Position numbers and translations under genes: made by a program. The notes under the pieces are model-generated. The model saw nothing but the letters and a program-made list of their open reading frames with translations, made no database searches and was not told the origin of the DNA. Source: an uncultured Flavobacteriaceae bacterium (GTDB taxonomy: Bacteria > Bacteroidota > Bacteroidia > Flavobacteriales > Flavobacteriaceae). From it: 64,000 bases of DNA. Below, one piece after another: positions 1 to 8,834 of the stretch. Within the stretch, counting starts at the first letter, position 1, and every line of letters begins with the position of its first letter. The stretch spans positions 40,327-104,326 of the forward strand of contig CAZQQU010000003.1 in assembly GCA_964595625.1 (NCBI GenBank), written 5' to 3'.

Positions 1-558
1 GCCGGCGTAGCGGTCATGTTTTCAAAAAAAATCCGAATGATTGGTAATACTTTCCGCAAGAGTTGGGGCGACGGCTCCTATGGTTTATTGCTGAAAGAAA
101 TCACCGATTCTGAACTGACTAATAATGTTTTTGACAACAATACCATCGGTATCAATGCCGACGGAGCCAGCCGGATTGTTTATAAACAAAACAATTTTCA
201 CAAAAACGGATACGCAATAAAAGTGCACGGAGCGTGTTATAATAACACTTTCGTGGAAAACAATTTTTTACACAACGCTTTTGACGTATCTTATCACGGA
301 AATATCAATCAAAATGTTTTTGACGGAAATTATTGGACCGCTTACAGCGGATATGATTTAGACAAAGATGGAGTGGGCGACGTGCCCTACCGACCGGTAA
401 AACTCTTTTCGTATCTGGTAAACAAAACTCCCGAGGCCATAGTGTTGTTGCGTAGTTTGTTTATGGATATCATAGATTTTTCGGAAAAAGTATCTCCCGT
501 TTTTACTCCGGCCGATTTGATTGATAATAACCCGAAAATGAAAAAAATAGCATGGTAA
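1..558 (+). CDS. nosD: Nitrous-oxide reductase maturation protein NosD, C-terminal part (5-prime end outside window)
   Basis: The reading frame is open from base 1. It shows repeated parallel beta-helix style N-x-F/N-N-x-I motifs (TNNVFDNNTIGI, NNTFVENNFLHN). It is followed directly by ABC ATPase and ABC-2 permease genes in nosDFY order. Confidence 0.8.
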   Translation, partial: AGVAVMFSKKIRMIGNTFRKSWGDGSYGLLLKEITDSELTNNVFDNNTIGINADGASRIVYKQNNFHKNGYAIKVHGACYNNTFVENNFLHNAFDVSYHGNINQNVFDGNYWTAYSGYDLDKDGVGDVPYRPVKLFSYLVNKTPEAIVLLRSLFMDIIDFSEKVSPVFTPADLIDNNPKMKKIAW

Positions 559-1259
559 GTATTCAAAATTTGCATAAAAAATTTGGCAGAAACACCGTAC
601 TCGCGGGTATCGATTTTTCGGTGGAAGAAAACGGTGTCATTGCGGTTTTGGGACCCAACGGTTCAGGGAAAACTACACTGATTAAATCGATTTTGGGCAT
701 GGTAATTTCCGATTCCGGAACTATTTCGGTTCAAAAAAATGACATCAAAAAAAACTGGGAATACCGCAAAAACATTGACTATTTGCCTCAAATTGCGAAT
801 TTTCCGGGCAACCTGAAAGTACGCGAACTCATCACCATGATTAAGGATTTGCGAAACAAAGATGCAGATGACCAAACGCTGATAGATTTCTTTAAAATCC
901 AACCTTTTTTAGACAAAAAACTCGCCAACTTATCCGGCGGAACCAAGCAAAAAGTAAATCTGGTGCTGTGCTTTATGTTTGACAGCCCCTTGATTATACT
1001 CGACGAACCTACTTCAGGTCTGGACCCTGTAGCTTTGATAAAACTCAAAGAAATCATCCACCGCGAAAAAGCCAAAGGCAAAACCATATTGATCACTTCG
1101 CATATTATGAATTTTGTGGAGGAAGTAGCCGACCGGGTGGTGTTTATCTTAGACGGAAAAATTTATTTCAACGGCACGATAAACCAATTGAAGCAACAAA
1201 CCGGAAATCCCGATTTTGAACACGCCATAGCCACTCTTTTATCCAATCACTATGCTTAA
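552..1259 (+). CDS. nosF: ABC transporter ATP-binding protein NosF
   Basis: Walker A GPNGSGKT, ABC signature LSGGTKQK and Walker B IILDEPTSGLD are present. It overlaps nosD by 7 nt and nosY by 8 nt. Confidence 0.85.
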   Translation: MVSIQNLHKKFGRNTVLAGIDFSVEENGVIAVLGPNGSGKTTLIKSILGMVISDSGTISVQKNDIKKNWEYRKNIDYLPQIANFPGNLKVRELITMIKDLRNKDADDQTLIDFFKIQPFLDKKLANLSGGTKQKVNLVLCFMFDSPLIILDEPTSGLDPVALIKLKEIIHREKAKGKTILITSHIMNFVEEVADRVVFILDGKIYFNGTINQLKQQTGNPDFEHAIATLLSNHYA

Positions 1260-2034
1260 AATATTAAAATACAGTTTTTACGATTTATCCCGTAGCCGCT
1301 GGAGTTATGTGTATTTTCTATTTTACCTGATGCTGGGCTTCGTGTTGCTTTTTCTCAACAACGACTTGTCGGGAGCAGTAATCACTCTGATGAATGTTAT
1401 TATCATCCTCATTCCGCTCATCGGGACCATTTTTGGAGTCATGTATTATTACAATTCCAAAGAATTTACCGAATTGCTCTTAGCCCAACCGGTTAAACGC
1501 ACCAATATATTTTTAGGCCAGTACTTAGGTGTGGCTATTTCGCTCTCAGCGAGTTTGTTTTTCGGATTGGGAATACCTTTTGTCGCATACGGACTTTTCC
1601 AGTCGGCGGTGCTTTCGCATTTTGTGATTCTGCTGGTGACCGGTATATTCCTGACATTCATTTTTACTGCCTTGGCATTCAACATTGCTTTGTCTAACGA
1701 AAACAAAATCAAAGGTTTTGGCTACGCTATATTGATGTGGTTATTTTTGGCGGTAATCTACGACGGTTTATTTCTCATCGCTCTGGTATATTTTCAGGAT
1801 TATCCGTTGGATAAATTTTCGCTCATAGCCACGGTTATGAATCCCATCGACTTGTCACGAATTTTGATTCTATTGGAATTAGATATTTCGGCACTTTTAG
1901 GATATACCGGGGCGGTTTTTAAACGCTTTTTTGGCACCCCTCTGGGTACTTCACTGGCTCTCATCATGCTCCTATTGTGGGTTATTTTACCTGTTTGGAG
2001 AATTGCAAGGATAGCAGCTAAAAAGGATTTTTAA
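1252..2034 (+). CDS. nosY: ABC-2 type permease NosY
   Basis: 260-aa hydrophobic protein with about 6 TM segments, translationally coupled to nosF. Confidence 0.8.
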   Translation: MLKILKYSFYDLSRSRWSYVYFLFYLMLGFVLLFLNNDLSGAVITLMNVIIILIPLIGTIFGVMYYYNSKEFTELLLAQPVKRTNIFLGQYLGVAISLSASLFFGLGIPFVAYGLFQSAVLSHFVILLVTGIFLTFIFTALAFNIALSNENKIKGFGYAILMWLFLAVIYDGLFLIALVYFQDYPLDKFSLIATVMNPIDLSRILILLELDISALLGYTGAVFKRFFGTPLGTSLALIMLLLWVILPVWRIARIAAKKDF

Positions 2035-2100
2035 AAAGGTTTTTTCAAAATAAAAGCAGTTTTCACATACGGCTTCTTTATGCTCCAAATCATAAAATTA

Positions 2101-2115
2101 GGGTAATTATTACCC
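2101..2115. promoter_or_regulatory. Perfect 7-1-7 palindrome GGGTAATTATTACCC abutting a TTTG -7-like element upstream of ric; candidate operator
   Basis: Read directly from the sequence. It is followed by GAACTTTG (2116-2123), about 20 nt before the ric start codon. Confidence 0.35.
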
Positions 2116-2143
2116 GAACTTTGTCTAAGAAATTTTAAATAAA

Positions 2144-2875
2144 TTGATTATGGAAACTCTTGAGGAAAAAACTGTAGCCGAATATGTAGCCAACAATATT
2201 AAAACCGCTCATGTTTTTAAAAAATTTGGCATTGACTTTTGTTGTGGTGGAAAAATCACTTTGCAAAAGGCCTGTGAAAAATTTGGAGCAGATTATAACG
2301 CTGTAATCAGTGAACTTGAACAAATAGAAAATTCTGGAAAACCTGTATACAATTACAACTCTTGGGAACCGGATTTTTTAGCCGATCATATTGTACATAT
2401 ACACCATCGTTATGTGGATGACAACATTCCCATCTTGTTGAGCTATGCCGAAAAGGTTAACCGCGTTCATGGTCATCATAATACTGAATTGCAACAAATC
2501 GAAAAACTGGTTCAGGAAGTTTGCGACGAATTGGCAACCCACATGAAAAAGGAAGAAATTATTCTTTTTCCTTACATCAAAAAATTAGTTGCCACAAAAA
2601 GAGACAACCTGCCCTTCAACCCGCCACCTTTCGGTACTGTAGATAATCCGGTGCGGATGATGGAAGACGAACACGAAACCGCCGGAACTATTTTAAAAGA
2701 AATCGCCCGATTGAGCAACGGCTATACTCCTCCCGAATATGCCTGCAATACCTATAGGGCTTTTTATGAGAAGATAGACGAATTTGAACAAGATTTGCAT
2801 TTGCATATTCATTTAGAAAATAACATACTGTTTCCAAAAGCTAAACTTTTGGAAAAAAGCTTGACAGATAAATAA
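2144..2875 (+). CDS. ric: Iron-sulfur cluster repair di-iron protein (RIC / ScdA / YtfE family)
   Basis: The N-terminal ScdA_N motif (FGIDFCCGG) is present. Hemerythrin-like H/E ligand motifs are present (HIVHIHHRY, MEDEHE, HIHLENNILFP). The start could also be 2150. Confidence 0.85.
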   Translation: MIMETLEEKTVAEYVANNIKTAHVFKKFGIDFCCGGKITLQKACEKFGADYNAVISELEQIENSGKPVYNYNSWEPDFLADHIVHIHHRYVDDNIPILLSYAEKVNRVHGHHNTELQQIEKLVQEVCDELATHMKKEEIILFPYIKKLVATKRDNLPFNPPPFGTVDNPVRMMEDEHETAGTILKEIARLSNGYTPPEYACNTYRAFYEKIDEFEQDLHLHIHLENNILFPKAKLLEKSLTDK

Positions 2876-2890
2876 ACTTTCTAATCCCCT

Positions 2891-3328
2891 ATGAACCTCC
2901 TACTCATATTCCATCTTGTTGCCGCAACGATATGGGTGGGAGGTCATTTTTACCTGAGTGTAATCATACTTCCGAAAGTTCTTAAGAACCGTTCTTCGCA
3001 GACCTTATTGGATTTCGAAAAGAGCTACGAACCCGTGGGATTGCCGGCTCTTTTGATACTTGTTGTCACCGGCGTGTGGATGGCTTTTCGATGGGGAGTA
3101 CCCATAAATCGATGGTTGGCTTTTGAAACCGGAATTGAAAAATTAGTTTCGGTGAAATTGATTTTGCTTTTTGCAACGTTGGCTTTGGCCATACATGCCC
3201 AAACCCGAGTTTTGCCAAAATTGAGTGAAAAAACATTGCCCCTTATGGCTTTGCATATCGTGGCTGTAACTCTTATCGGAATTGGCATGCTTACTTTGGG
3301 AACTCTGTTCAGAAACGGTGGTATATGA
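2891..3328 (+). CDS. CopD-like small integral membrane protein
   Basis: 145 aa with about 4 TM segments. The N-terminal H-x3-A-x2-W-x-GG motif (FHLVAATIWVGGH) is typical of the CopD C-terminal domain family. Confidence 0.5.
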   Translation: MNLLLIFHLVAATIWVGGHFYLSVIILPKVLKNRSSQTLLDFEKSYEPVGLPALLILVVTGVWMAFRWGVPINRWLAFETGIEKLVSVKLILLFATLALAIHAQTRVLPKLSEKTLPLMALHIVAVTLIGIGMLTLGTLFRNGGI

Positions 3329-3337
3329 GGTGGTAGA

Positions 3338-3349
3338 TGACAATAATCA
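3338..3349 (+). promoter_or_regulatory. Weaker FNR/FixK-like box TGACAATAATCA upstream of the 3386 gene
   Basis: 14-mer ATGACAATAATCAT with one arm mismatch. A -7 element TATTTTTG lies at 3375-3382, giving a spacing of 38.5 bp (36.5 bp to the overlapping TATATTTT). Confidence 0.3.
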
Positions 3350-3385
3350 TACTAAAAAAATACGAGATTGCGTATATTTTTGCAA

Positions 3386-3769
3386 ATGAAAAAAAATCCT
3401 CTCATAGCAGCTTGGTTTTTAATTTTGGTTTTGCTGTTTAACAGCATTCAAACCGGGGTTATGTTGGGATATTATATGATTGACACGGGTAGTTTTGTGG
3501 AAGTTTTTTGTGTAAACAAAGACACACCCGAACTAAAATGTAATGGAAAATGTGAGATGGCAAAATTGACTTCTCAAAATGACGATGCTGACAAACCTGG
3601 CAAAATAGATTTTTTAAACAAAACCGTAACTTTGTATCTCTTCGAAGAAATGATTTTTTCTTTGAATGAGTTATTTTCTCAAAACCAAAAAAACAATTAT
3701 TTCTACAGTAATCACTATTTTTTCTTGCACAAGAAAATACTCGACCATCCGCCTACTGTTTTAAGTTAA
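3386..3769 (+). CDS. Hypothetical membrane-anchored protein with a C-x10-C-x3-C motif
   Basis: One N-terminal TM segment followed by FCVNKDTPELKCNGKCEM. The ORF-track start at 3368 is a TTG lying inside the -7 box, so the ATG at 3386 is preferred. Confidence 0.5.
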   Translation: MKKNPLIAAWFLILVLLFNSIQTGVMLGYYMIDTGSFVEVFCVNKDTPELKCNGKCEMAKLTSQNDDADKPGKIDFLNKTVTLYLFEEMIFSLNELFSQNQKNNYFYSNHYFFLHKKILDHPPTVLS

Positions 3770-3851
3770 AATACCCTTGTTTAATTATTGTTTTTTCTAA
3801 GGCCCTAAGGTCCTTGGATACTTATTCCTATATTTTAACCTAAATTAAAAA

Positions 3852-4697
3852 ATGATGAAACTTTTAAAATATACCTTACTCATAGCAATTACCCTATTTG
3901 TGTCCTGCTCTAAAGACGATGACGACCAACAAAGCATTATTGACGAAACGGAAGGTTTAACCCTTATAAAATCTTTGTCAAACGATTCACATACTATTGA
4001 TCTTTATACTAAAACATCCTCATTAACAGACGGATACAACCTAATTTATTTACAAATAAAAGATGGCAACGGCAATTATATTTCAAACGCCTCAGTGAGT
4101 TGGACTCCTGTCATGCATATGGAAATGATGAACCATTCTTGTCCGTATTCGTCAGTAAATCGTGTTGCAGGAACTGAAACTTTGTACAGCGGTTATATTG
4201 TTTTCCAAATGCCCGGCAACTCTATGGAATATTGGGAAATCACTGTCAATTATTCCATAAACGGTACCGAATACAGCGCTTCTGATACCATTAATGTCTC
4301 GCCATCCGCTCACAAAAGAGTGGTTTCTTTTGTGGGGAATGATGAGAATCGGTATGTTTTGGCGCTTATAGAACCTATAAGCCCCGAGGTAGCAATAAAT
4401 GATATGGTAGCCGGAATTTTTGTCTCAGAAAGTATGATGCACTTTCCGATTGTTAACGATTATAAATTAAAAATTGACCCACGCATGCCCGGCATGGGAA
4501 ATCATGGCTCGCCTAATAATCAAGACTTAACCCAGTCAACTCAAGATTATTTATACCATGGAAAATTGAGTCTCACGATGACAGGATATTGGAAAATCAA
4601 TTTGATATTAGAAAATGAGAACCAAGAAGTTATTGGTGGCGAAGAAGTGACTGACACAATCGAAAGCAGTTCCATTTTCTTCGAAATTGATTTTTAA
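3852..4697 (+). CDS. Lipoprotein with Met/His-rich motifs (putative Cu-binding), function unknown
   Basis: Lipobox LFVSC followed by an acidic linker. Met/His motifs MHMEMMNHSC (aa 88-97) and RMPGMGNHG (aa 211-219). It sits immediately upstream of the copper-type TonB receptor. Confidence 0.6.
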   Translation: MMKLLKYTLLIAITLFVSCSKDDDDQQSIIDETEGLTLIKSLSNDSHTIDLYTKTSSLTDGYNLIYLQIKDGNGNYISNASVSWTPVMHMEMMNHSCPYSSVNRVAGTETLYSGYIVFQMPGNSMEYWEITVNYSINGTEYSASDTINVSPSAHKRVVSFVGNDENRYVLALIEPISPEVAINDMVAGIFVSESMMHFPIVNDYKLKIDPRMPGMGNHGSPNNQDLTQSTQDYLYHGKLSLTMTGYWKINLILENENQEVIGGEEVTDTIESSSIFFEIDF

Positions 4698-4709
4698 TTA
4701 AACATATCT

Positions 4710-4743
4710 CCCAATGCCTGATTTTTAGGAATCAGGCATTGGG
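4710..4743 (+). terminator. Perfect 14-bp stem hairpin between the lipoprotein and the TonB receptor gene
   Basis: CCCAATGCCTGATT / AATCAGGCATTGGG with a 6-nt loop. There is no clear T-run, so it may act as an attenuator or processing site rather than a full terminator. Confidence 0.45.
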
Positions 4744-4760
4744 ATTCTAAACTTAAAACT

Positions 4761-6755
4761 ATGAAACAACTCATTGTAATTGCCGGGGTTGTGTCGGTTA
4801 TTTTCTCCACCTTTGCTCAAGAACATCCGACAGACAGTTTGGACACCACGACGCTTAAAGAAATTGTGGTGATTGCTCACCCCACAAATAAACACCACAA
4901 CGAATGCAAGGCCTTGGGGTCTTTGGACAATTATTTGGAAAGTTCTCCGTCTTTAAACATGATTAAACGCGGAGCCTATGCCTGGGAGCCTATGTTGCAG
5001 GGATTGTCCTCCGAACGCAGTGTTTTAACCATAGACGGAATGCGTATTTACGGAGCCTGTACCGACAAAATGGACCCTGTTACTTCTTATGTTGAAATCT
5101 CTAACCTCTCCAAAGCACTAATCAGCGATGGTCAATCGGGTGCAGAACACGGCGGAACCATTGCCGGAAGTATTGATTTGGTGCGCCGAAAAAGCGGTTT
5201 TGGCAATCAAGGTTGGGGCGGGTCTTTTTTCACCGGAGGCGAAAGTGTGAATTACCAAAAAATAATCGGTTCTACCGTGCAATATTCCGGAGAACATGTA
5301 TTTGCCGATCTGGATATTACCTACCGCGATGCCGAAAATTATTTTGCCGGAGGCAGAAAAGAAGTCTTGTATTCTCAATTTACCAAGTACAATATTTCGG
5401 CTATTACCGGAATAAAAATTAACGAAAATCAACATCTGGAAGCCTCGCTTATTTTTGACGAAGCCACTGACGTGGGCTATCCGGCATTGCCAATGGATGT
5501 TTCTCTAGCTCAGGCATTTATAGCTTCACTGCAATACGAAGTACATCCCCATTCAGAGTTAATTTCTCGTTGGGAAACCAAAGTATATTTCAATACCATA
5601 ACTCATTTGATGGACGACAGTCCCCGTCCTGATGTTCCCATTCGAATGGATATGCCCGGATGGAGTAAAACCTGGGGAATCTATTCTAAGTTTTCCGGAA
5701 AAAAAAACAAACATAGCTGGAAAACAACCCTGTCAGGACACTACAATCATTCTTTGGCAGAAATGACTATGTATCCAAACAATCCCGGAGAGAGTGAAAT
5801 GTATATGATTACATGGCCGGATGTCAATACACTGTACGGTGGACTGCATCTGGAGGATAATATCTCCCTGAAATCCCATTTTAGTTTGTTGATATCCGGG
5901 GGAATAGGACTGCATTATAATAAAATTGACGACCTATTCGGGTTGCAAAGCTTACAAATTTTTTATCCCGGTTTGCATGCCGAAAAATCACGTATCCTTA
6001 AAAATTTAGCTACCCGAATTACCTACCAAAACCTTCCTTGGCAATTTCATTTGGCAGTGGGGTATGGCGAACGCGCTCCGTCGGTTTCGGAAGGATATGG
6101 TTTCTACCTCTTCAACAGTTATGATGGTTATGATTATGTAGGAAATCCTTCTTTGAAAAACGAAAAATCCTTGGATGTCTCAGTTTCAGCGCAGTTCAAA
6201 ACCAAAAATATTGCACTGAAATGGCAGGCGGCTTACTTTCATATAAATGACTATATCATTGGCAAACCCGACGAAAGACTCTTGCCCATGACCATTGGAG
6301 CAAACGGTATAAAAGTCTATGAACAATTGGATTACGCTTCCTTATTTACTACCCATTTCACCGCCGAAACTCGTTTTTTAACCAATTTTTCCCTGACGGG
6401 AAATCTGTCTTACAAACGCGGACAGGACTTTAACGAAAATAATCTGCCGCTGATACAACCACTGACCTATGAGGGTTCGTTGCGCTTTCGCAAAAATCTG
6501 TTTTTTGCCGAAACAACTATAGCCGGAGCAACCGCTCATAAAAATTTCAGTGCCGAATTTGGCGAAAGCCAAAAAGACCCTTACACCATTGCACACATTA
6601 CGCTTTCGCAAATCTTTTATTTTGACCAACAAAAATTGGTCTTAAAAGCAGGTGCCGAAAATATTTTTGACAAGTATTACACCACTTTTGCAGACTGGAA
6701 TAATATTCCGCGCCCCGGACGAAACTTTTTTATAAATGTGTTATATGTGCTGTAA
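4761..6755 (+). CDS. TonB-dependent copper receptor, OprC/NosA-like
   Basis: It has a signal peptide and a plug domain, and the C-terminus ends in an aromatic/hydrophobic stretch. The plug motif GACTDKMDPVTSY is present. CxxxM (C100, M104) and HxM (H282, M284) are spaced about 180 residues apart, as in the OprC Cu site (C143/M147/H323/M325). Confidence 0.8.
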   Translation: MKQLIVIAGVVSVIFSTFAQEHPTDSLDTTTLKEIVVIAHPTNKHHNECKALGSLDNYLESSPSLNMIKRGAYAWEPMLQGLSSERSVLTIDGMRIYGACTDKMDPVTSYVEISNLSKALISDGQSGAEHGGTIAGSIDLVRRKSGFGNQGWGGSFFTGGESVNYQKIIGSTVQYSGEHVFADLDITYRDAENYFAGGRKEVLYSQFTKYNISAITGIKINENQHLEASLIFDEATDVGYPALPMDVSLAQAFIASLQYEVHPHSELISRWETKVYFNTITHLMDDSPRPDVPIRMDMPGWSKTWGIYSKFSGKKNKHSWKTTLSGHYNHSLAEMTMYPNNPGESEMYMITWPDVNTLYGGLHLEDNISLKSHFSLLISGGIGLHYNKIDDLFGLQSLQIFYPGLHAEKSRILKNLATRITYQNLPWQFHLAVGYGERAPSVSEGYGFYLFNSYDGYDYVGNPSLKNEKSLDVSVSAQFKTKNIALKWQAAYFHINDYIIGKPDERLLPMTIGANGIKVYEQLDYASLFTTHFTAETRFLTNFSLTGNLSYKRGQDFNENNLPLIQPLTYEGSLRFRKNLFFAETTIAGATAHKNFSAEFGESQKDPYTIAHITLSQIFYFDQQKLVLKAGAENIFDKYYTTFADWNNIPRPGRNFFINVLYVL

Positions 6756-6909
6756 ATACTCTTGAAACTCAACGCAAGTCTTTTCACAGTCCAATGAAAA
6801 CGCTTGCAATATTTTATTGTTTAAAACTTTGTTGATACTAATTTCGGACATTTTTATCCTTTATTATTAATTACCTTAATTTTAAAACTCACTTTTAACC
6901 TCGAGCATT

Positions 6910-8760
6910 ATGGATATAAATCAAGAAATTTTATCAAACATAGTGGTGCATATGAAATATGCTCGCTATTTACCCGAAAAAAACCGTCGCGAAATTTGGC
7001 CGGAAATCTGTGATCGTTACGAAGATATGATGCTAGACAAATACCCGCATCTCACCACCGAAATCATCAAAAACATGCATTGGGTACGACAAAAAAAAGT
7101 ACTCCCTTCGATGCGTGCTATGCAATTTGCCGGTCCGGCTATAAAACGCAATCACAGCCGGATATACAATTGTGCATATTTGCCGGTGGACGACATTCGA
7201 GCTTTTTCAGAAACTATGTTTTTACTGCTGGGCGGTACGGGTGTAGGATATTCGGTGCAATATCATCATGTGACTAAATTACCACCCATTAAAAAAGGGT
7301 TAAAAAAGCGCAAGTTTTTGATCGGTGACAGCTTAGAGGGCTGGGCTGATGCCGTGAAGGTTTTGCTCAAATCGTATTTCGGTATCCACGAATCCATTCC
7401 AGATTTTGACTTTTCAGACATTCGTCCTAAAGGAAGTCGCTTAATCACTGCGGGTGGTAAAGCTCCCGGTCCCGAACCGCTAAAAATTTGTATTGCTCAC
7501 CTTACGGCTATTTTAGACAGAAAACAAGACGGCGAAAAACTTACTCCTTTAGAATGTCACGATATGATGTGTCACATTGCCAATGCGGTTTTGGCCGGCG
7601 GTATTCGTCGCTCGGCTATGATTGCCTTGTTTTCCCACGACGATGATGAAATGCTTACCTGTAAATTCGGGAATTGGTGGGAACTCAACGAACAACGAGG
7701 GCGTGCCAATAATTCGGCTGTATTGCACCGGGACAGTATTTTGGAGCAGGAATTTTTTAATTTATGGAAAAAAATAGAGCTTTCGGGCAGTGGCGAACCG
7801 GGTTTTTATTTTACGAACAACATCAACTGGGGCACCAATCCCTGTTGTGAAATTGCACTGCGCCCTTTCCAGTTTTGCAACCTTTGTGAAGTCAATGTCA
7901 GTACGATTGAAAACCAACAAGACTTAAACGAAAGAGCTTCAGCAGCAGCATTTTTAGGAACCTTGCAAGCCGGGTTTACTAATTTTCATTACTTGCGAGA
8001 ACAATGGAAAATCAACACCGAAAAAGACGCGCTCATCGGTGTGGGGATGACCGGGATAGCTTCCGGTAGACTCAACGGATTAAATATAGAAGAAACTGCT
8101 CAGGTAGTTAAGAAAACCAATGAAGAAACTGCCCGTAAAATAGGTGTCAATATAGCCGCTCGAACCACGACGATTAAACCCTCCGGAACTACTTCGTTAG
8201 TATTAGGGACTTCTTCGGGAGTTCACGCTTGGCACAACGACTATTACATACGGCGCATCCGAATCGGGAAAGACGAGGCCTTGTGTCAATATTTGGCTGA
8301 ATTTCACCCCGAATTAGTGGAGCAGGATTTACTCAATCCCAAACAAATGATTGTCTGCATTCCGCAAAAATCACCCAAGGGCGCTATCACCCGACACGAA
8401 AACACCTTAGACCTGTTGCAACGCATTGCTTTTTTAAATGAAAATTGGATAAAAAAAGGGTACAGAAACGGAGAAAACGACAACAATGTTTCGGCTACTG
8501 TTTCCATCAAAAATTCGGAATGGGGCATGGTAGGAGAATGGATGTGGCACAACAAATCTTCGTATAACGGGCTGAGTGTTTTGCCGTTCGACAACGGGAA
8601 TTACCAACAAGCCCCTTTTACGGATATAGACGAAGAGACGTTCTTAAAAATGGAAGCCAAATTGCACATAGTGGATTTGGAAAACGTTTTGGAATACGAA
8701 GACGAAACCGACTTAAAAGCGGAGGCTGCATGCGCCGGAGGGGGTTGTGTGGTGATGTAA
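6910..8760 (+). CDS. nrdJ: Adenosylcobalamin-dependent ribonucleoside-triphosphate reductase (monomeric class II RNR)
   Basis: The thiyl-radical loop TNPCCEIALRPFQFCNLCEV resembles the L. leichmannii NPCGEI...CNL motif. The C-terminal redox pair is C-x4-C (CAGGGC). Confidence 0.8.
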   Translation: MDINQEILSNIVVHMKYARYLPEKNRREIWPEICDRYEDMMLDKYPHLTTEIIKNMHWVRQKKVLPSMRAMQFAGPAIKRNHSRIYNCAYLPVDDIRAFSETMFLLLGGTGVGYSVQYHHVTKLPPIKKGLKKRKFLIGDSLEGWADAVKVLLKSYFGIHESIPDFDFSDIRPKGSRLITAGGKAPGPEPLKICIAHLTAILDRKQDGEKLTPLECHDMMCHIANAVLAGGIRRSAMIALFSHDDDEMLTCKFGNWWELNEQRGRANNSAVLHRDSILEQEFFNLWKKIELSGSGEPGFYFTNNINWGTNPCCEIALRPFQFCNLCEVNVSTIENQQDLNERASAAAFLGTLQAGFTNFHYLREQWKINTEKDALIGVGMTGIASGRLNGLNIEETAQVVKKTNEETARKIGVNIAARTTTIKPSGTTSLVLGTSSGVHAWHNDYYIRRIRIGKDEALCQYLAEFHPELVEQDLLNPKQMIVCIPQKSPKGAITRHENTLDLLQRIAFLNENWIKKGYRNGENDNNVSATVSIKNSEWGMVGEWMWHNKSSYNGLSVLPFDNGNYQQAPFTDIDEETFLKMEAKLHIVDLENVLEYEDETDLKAEAACAGGGCVVM

Positions 8761-8768
8761 AGCACTGT

Positions 8769-8820
8769 AAATAGCAGGCATCTCGAGTAACGGTGTCTGC
8801 TATTTCTCTACTTTTTTTTC
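8769..8820 (+). terminator. Rho-independent terminator after nrdJ
   Basis: 12-bp stem AAATAGCAGGCA / TGTCTGCTATTT (one G-U pair) with a 13-nt loop, followed by a T8 run at 8812-8819. Confidence 0.6.
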
Positions 8821-8834
8821 GTACGTTTGTCGGT

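Noticed and set aside
6756-6909. Possible cobalamin riboswitch or NrdR boxes in the leader of the B12-dependent RNR gene
   Set aside because: I could not find the conserved B12-box (GCCACTG-like) or the paired 16-bp NrdR boxes. Only an imperfect hairpin is present. An Infernal scan is needed to be sure.
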